DNA from: Psammoneis japonica
Lineage: Eukaryota
NCBI GenBank assembly: GCA_008632985.1
Contig: QPGO01000027.1
Location: 124,001 to 188,000 of the forward strand
Length of the DNA stretch: 64,000 nt
Direction of reading: 5' to 3'
Shown here: positions 59,175-64,000 of the stretch, piece after piece
Layout of the letters: each line of letters begins with the position of its first letter
How positions within the stretch are numbered: position 1 is the stretch's first letter
The notes under the pieces: generated by a model
What the model saw: only the letters and a program-made list of their open reading frames with translations
The model's database searches: none
Told to the model about the DNA's origin: nothing
Made by a program: the position numbers and the translations under genes

Positions 59175-61474
59175 CTAAACTTCCCCACGTAGCACACCAG
59201 ATTCATCGTCGTAATCATTACGGCGGGAGAAGCTGACACGTCTGTTGTCTTGAACAGATCTTTGCCATCTCTCAACGTTGGTGAGCGGGGCACGCCTGTC
59301 ATTTCTACTACTCGTCTCGGGACGATGCTTTGGCTTGCGGCTGCTTTCCACCAAGTTGTCAACATCAACAGGAATTGCACTCTTGATGCTCCCGTCCACC
59401 AGACTGTCAGTATCCACTGGACCCGAGACACGACGACGATCATTTCTAGAACGGTTGTTACTCTTTTCGAAGTTTTGTGACTCCAGGTCGTACGGGACAG
59501 GATAGCCACCACGTGGGTTGCTATTGCTTCGTTGGCCCTTCCTTGCACTACCCCCGTCTGTAGGGTTCGAGACCACACATAAATCCTTCCCGACAAGGGA
59601 AGATAAAGAAGGTTTTTTGTTCATCGTAGAAGGAAGTCTACGCTGTGACGGGCTTGCTGCAGAGAGAAAATCGCCTCCAGTGGTAGTGCTGCAGGTAGTC
59701 ATTGCCTCGACAAACTGCGGGTCTTCGCTGAGCCATACGGGCTCTCTGACGCCAGCACCTTCACCACTGTTGTCAGAAGCAGTCGACATATCGTCGTCAT
59801 CCAGATCGTCGACATCGACAACATCGTGCCCCTCTTCCAGATAGGCAGCATTCCAAGAATCAACGACAGTATCTTCAATCTCTGGAATCGTTTTCGGTCT
59901 CTGGTAGTTTGGTAAATAGATAAACATCGCTCGGAGCAAGGCGAAGAATCTTGTAAGGAGCACAATAAGTGCGTAGATTGGATAGGTGACAATGCACAAA
60001 AAAGACAATCGAAGATCCTTGCGACGCCAATAAGCCACAGTGTTCCACAAGAAGAGGACCAACATAGCCATAGCCAAGTAAAGACCAAAGCCAATGTAAA
60101 ATTCAAGAATACCAGCCGACAGGATAATCACGGGGAGCCTCAACCAGTCTGCAAAGATCGAGTAAATTGTGTAGAACTGTGTCAACTTCATTGTCAAGGT
60201 GCCCCATATGGAGCTGTGTGCTGTGAAGAAAAACACCTTGACATATTGCCAAAAGTAGGCGTGGAGTGCCATGTCCCAACTTCTGACCCTCTGCGTCCAA
60301 AAGTTTGGCATCTCACCAAGTATCGTGTGAGGAGTTTCGGTATAAATCACCACCTCTGGCTTCATCTTCAGGTCGTAGCCATTTCTCATTGCCCAGAATC
60401 CGAGCTTAGCATCCTCGGCGTAAAACACTGTGTCGTGGTCGCGAAGCGCCTTTTTCAATGCTCCTCGTTCCCACATGGACGCCGCTCCGTGAGGGTACTG
60501 CACCGTTCCAGACTTGTGCTGCATCAGCTTGTTGTAGCCCGTCAGTTGATACTCGAGTGATTGCCACTCGACAAAGAGGGAATAGCGGCGTTCAGGATGG
60601 CACGCTCGGATCGGGTATACCACGCCGACCGTGTTTCCCTCAATGAGATCAATCCCCATATCCAACTCCTCTGGTAGAATCACATCATCGTCCAGCACGA
60701 GAATGTACTTGTATTTCTTACACGCCATGACGCCCGCATACTGTAAAGGAAGAAAAACGAAAGCGCGAAGGCATTCGGTGAGCAGGAATCTTGGAAAACG
60801 GGTCAGTCACGGATCAGTGCCGCGAGCAGTTTTCCCACCAATCTCAGAGACGCATGCCGACAGTTCCAAATCAAGATGTTGCTTACCTGTGCTAGCGTCT
60901 TGTTCCCAAAGCCGTTCCAGATGTAGTTGGACTTGGGGCTACACTTGGCCAAGACCTCGCGACTGTCATCAGTGGGTTCTTTGCTGTTGCCGTTGTCGAC
61001 AATGTAAATCTGCTGTGGCTTGACGTGGTGCAGACAAGCCTCGACGGTGTTTGGGATAATGTCTCGAGAATTATGACAAGCAATCACGATAGCAAGGTCC
61101 TTGTTCTTTCTGCGACGCTGTCTTGCAAGGTCCACCTTGACCATCTTGCGCTTTCCGTGTACCAATTTGGGTCTTTGGTGAACTTGTTTGGGAGGAACTG
61201 GGTAGACGCCGTTTGTAAGGATCGAAAGGAAAACCATAAAGGGCTCCACGAGAAAGATCACGATACCAAGGGCGCCATAATCCGCCCTTAGGATGCGCAC
61301 CACATATCCCCACCAGTCAAAGTAAATTTGGGTCACCACGAGAGCAGCAGCAATCGCAGCATAAACGGAATAGTAGATGACCTTACGAGGCCCCCAGTTC
61401 TTACAAAATATTTCAGACGGGTCCAGAATACTCTGGATCGCCTTGCAGTTTATAGCAAACGCTTCACAAAGCAT
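59175..61474 (-). CDS. Processive GT2 glycosyltransferase (chitin/hyaluronan-synthase-like fold), intron about 60887-60742
   Basis: IACHNS, IVDNG, VLDDD, AED, QRVRSW, flanking TM helices. Confidence 0.88.
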
Positions 61475-61869
61475 GGTGAGTAAAAATTGTTGTGTATAAA
61501 GAAATTGTGGGAGGTGCTTCCAGCCGGGTTCTGTTGCAACTCAGGTGGGATTCAATGAAAGACTCGTGTACGTGTGGCCACGTATCGCGTTTTCGACTTT
61601 GACCTCAATTTTCTGTGACCTGTTGATTCGTGGATGTGATTTTGGGGTTCTCTCTCAATGATAGTAAGACATTCACACACAAAAATCCCAGTCGTGAGTT
61701 TAATTATATTTAAATCGATGAAAATCTTGCATTGGCATGAAGCCGCTTAGGCAAAATTTCAAAATTGTAGACTATCGTCAAAATAGAACAAAAATAGCGG
61801 GAAGATTGCTACTCCGAGCTGTTTCCTTGAAAACAACTCTTCGGTCATTTATAATATATGAAGCACGAG

Positions 61870-64000
61870 CCACAAGCACACACCAATGAAGTGAATTGCA
61901 TTGGAAGATTGTTTTCAGGATCCCCCCATCGTGCATGTGTGGATGGCCTGATCACTGTCTGATTTGGCGATGCTTCTCCAGTCCGATCCACCGGTTGAAA
62001 GGATCTCAACAAAGATTGCTGCAAAGAAGTCATCACCCCATTCATTAAAAAGGAGCTTGAAGTGGCCGTCTGACGCATGCTTTCATTGTCAAGAATAAAA
62101 TGTCAGTGAAGGCAGTGTGTCTTGCTTTTGATTTGGCAACATGTTCTCCAGCTCCAGCGACAAAAGATGGCGCCACAGACAAATGTGAAAGGCTTTCAAT
62201 TTCCAAGCAATTCTCTCTCCTCTTGAGCCATCAAGCTCCATTTTCTTTGTGCAGCCAGGTGGAAGATGCTGATGGTTGCACACCAGGCAGATGGCACCAA
62301 TTTTTTGGCCTTTCCAACACAGCCAACCAGAACCCTGTGGCTCCCAAAACCCAAAACGCCCCAGAAAGATGATTTGATTCTCTTGAACTTGATGCTGAAT
62401 GATGCCAACATTGTGTTCATGATCTGCTCTGTGCCCTCTTCCTTTGCAAGCTGTTCTCTGTTTGGTTTCTTGACAGAAGCTGTTGCTCATGATGAGTGTG
62501 GGATGATTGAGTGAAAAGCTCATGCAGCATTCTCACATTTGCAATTTACATTTTTAAGACTTGATGTGTTTGGCCTGTGGCTCTTTTGTTGCTTTGTCCA
62601 GAGCCAGTTTGGTCATGCCACAGACTTGTTTTGCCAACTCAAAGCCAGCTCATGCCAAGAGTTTGGTTGGCGAGACATTGCGCACCACATGGACAGCATC
62701 TTTGTGCTTTGTTGGGCTTTGGAACATTGTTGCATCACCTCTGCCTGTCATGACTTTTTTTCACAAAGCAACAGGAAGGAGACATGAGTCATGATGGGTT
62801 GAGAAGGTCATCCCAGAATGAACCTAAAATTCTGGGGCCAGCATGATTGGCAAATTCAGTGCAAAGTGATGAACCTTGATGGACAAATGCGCGAGCATCC
62901 ACATTGTGAATTTCTTGCAGATCATGACACATGTTGTGCTTTGCACTGATTTGGAAATCATTGTGACAAATGGGGCTCAAATCATTGGTGCAAACTTCTT
63001 GCACATTGTGACTTTTGGCAAGGGACGCTGCAAAGGGCCCCACTCCCACCATGCAACCCACCACAACAGTGCCAGTGGATTCTTCTTGCCTCATGATTTG
63101 ACCCACCCATTGAGCATGCTTGTGAACAAGACAAGAGCTCCAGCACACATTGCCAAAATCCAAATCAAAAACACACCCCTCCTTCTCACTTTGCAGTGCC
63201 AGACTCCAGTGGTGCCTTGAATGTCCTGCCAACACCTCCACTTCAAATGTCTGACACATTGTGCTCATGTGGTGTGCACCTTGTTTGCTGTTCTTTTGAC
63301 TTTGGTGCTCTTGTCCAACAAGCCATTGCCAATGTGCTCAAAACACAAGAGTTGTTGTCTGAAATTGATGTGAGCCACATGAGCCACCACCCCTTTAAAT
63401 GCCCACAGGATTTCGAACATGCTGGTCAGCAAGAGGCATTTCAACACCTGTCTGTTCTGCAAATGAACCCTTGTGCCTCAATGTCATTGCATGCATGGTT
63501 GGTTCTGCCTCCATGTCATCTTGCAAAAACTTTGCAATGACATCAATGTCCTTTGTGTTGGTCAATTGTTTGAGTGACAGCATGTGCTTGCTCTTGTCCT
63601 CATGAGCAAAGACATTTTTTGTCTCGTGGTGCAATGCAACAACTTGGATGAAAGGTTGCAACACAGCTTGGCTGTGCAACATGACAGAGAACAATTGATG
63701 CCTTCTTGTGACAATGTTGCTTCTCAAACTCTCCAAAGGAAATTCTGAGATGGGGTGGCAGCAGGAAGGATTGGCAGGAACTCAAACCTGGCAAGGAGTT
63801 GTGCTGCTGTTGTCAACACAACATGATGAATCCATTGTCTTCTGTGGTGCTGGCAGGAGACAAACATGAGATGAAAATGTCCTGAGAGTTGTTTGAGTGT
63901 TGAGCATTCAAAATTGAGTGCTGTGTGTGCATGCAAGTCTGCTCAGCACCAACTGTTTTGCTTTGGCTCCCACTCATGCAACATTTTTTTTTCATTTTGC
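61870..64000. other. TpA- and CpG-depleted domain running off the window
   Basis: Composition switch near 61870; nearly Tyr-free ORFs. Confidence 0.9.
62790..63470 (-). pseudogene. TRM5: tRNA (guanine37-N1)-methyltransferase TRM5 relic
   Basis: VAHVAHINF..LLDK..NKV, FEVEVLAG, EGCVFDLDFGNVCWSSCL, GVGPFA, VCTNDLSP (cf. VYWNSRL, VYANDLNP). Confidence 0.85.

Overview
Eukaryotic nuclear DNA, most likely from a pennate diatom (CoDi-like Ty1/copia element, signal peptide + Phe plastid-targeting motifs, short GT-AG introns, diatom-type TM-LRR proteins); the taxon is an inference. The window is a mosaic of two compositional states with fairly sharp edges. Normal gene islands (about 20.4-27.5 kb, 33.2-39.5 kb, 40.7-61.9 kb) carry ordinary genes: arylamine N-acetyltransferase, PAS hybrid histidine kinase, beta-helix polysaccharide-lyase-like protein, FANCJ/RTEL1-type helicase with a PDZ insert, cytochrome b5 protein, PIG-S, AKR, patatin, SLC35F-type transporter, LRR protein and a GT2 synthase. 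Altered blocks (about 0.4-20.4 kb, 27.6-33.2 kb, 39.6-40.7 kb, 61.9-64 kb) are almost devoid of TpA and, in the oldest parts, CpG, and are rich in TpG/CpA. The main observation is a domain-restricted TpA->TpG/CpA (A:T->G:C) hypermutation signature, the reverse of fungal RIP. All 6 differences between the two LTRs of a complete copia element are TA versus TG/CA. Conserved Tyr codons read Cys/His in the transposon and in dead copies of host genes (TRM5, AKR, LRR, PhyH-like). Surviving TA sites are mostly in YTAR context. The mechanism is unknown and a platform artefact must be excluded. Secondary findings are a candidate half-tRNA-Asn primer-binding site, a 6-nt micro-exon and a CTAG-dense intergenic tract.
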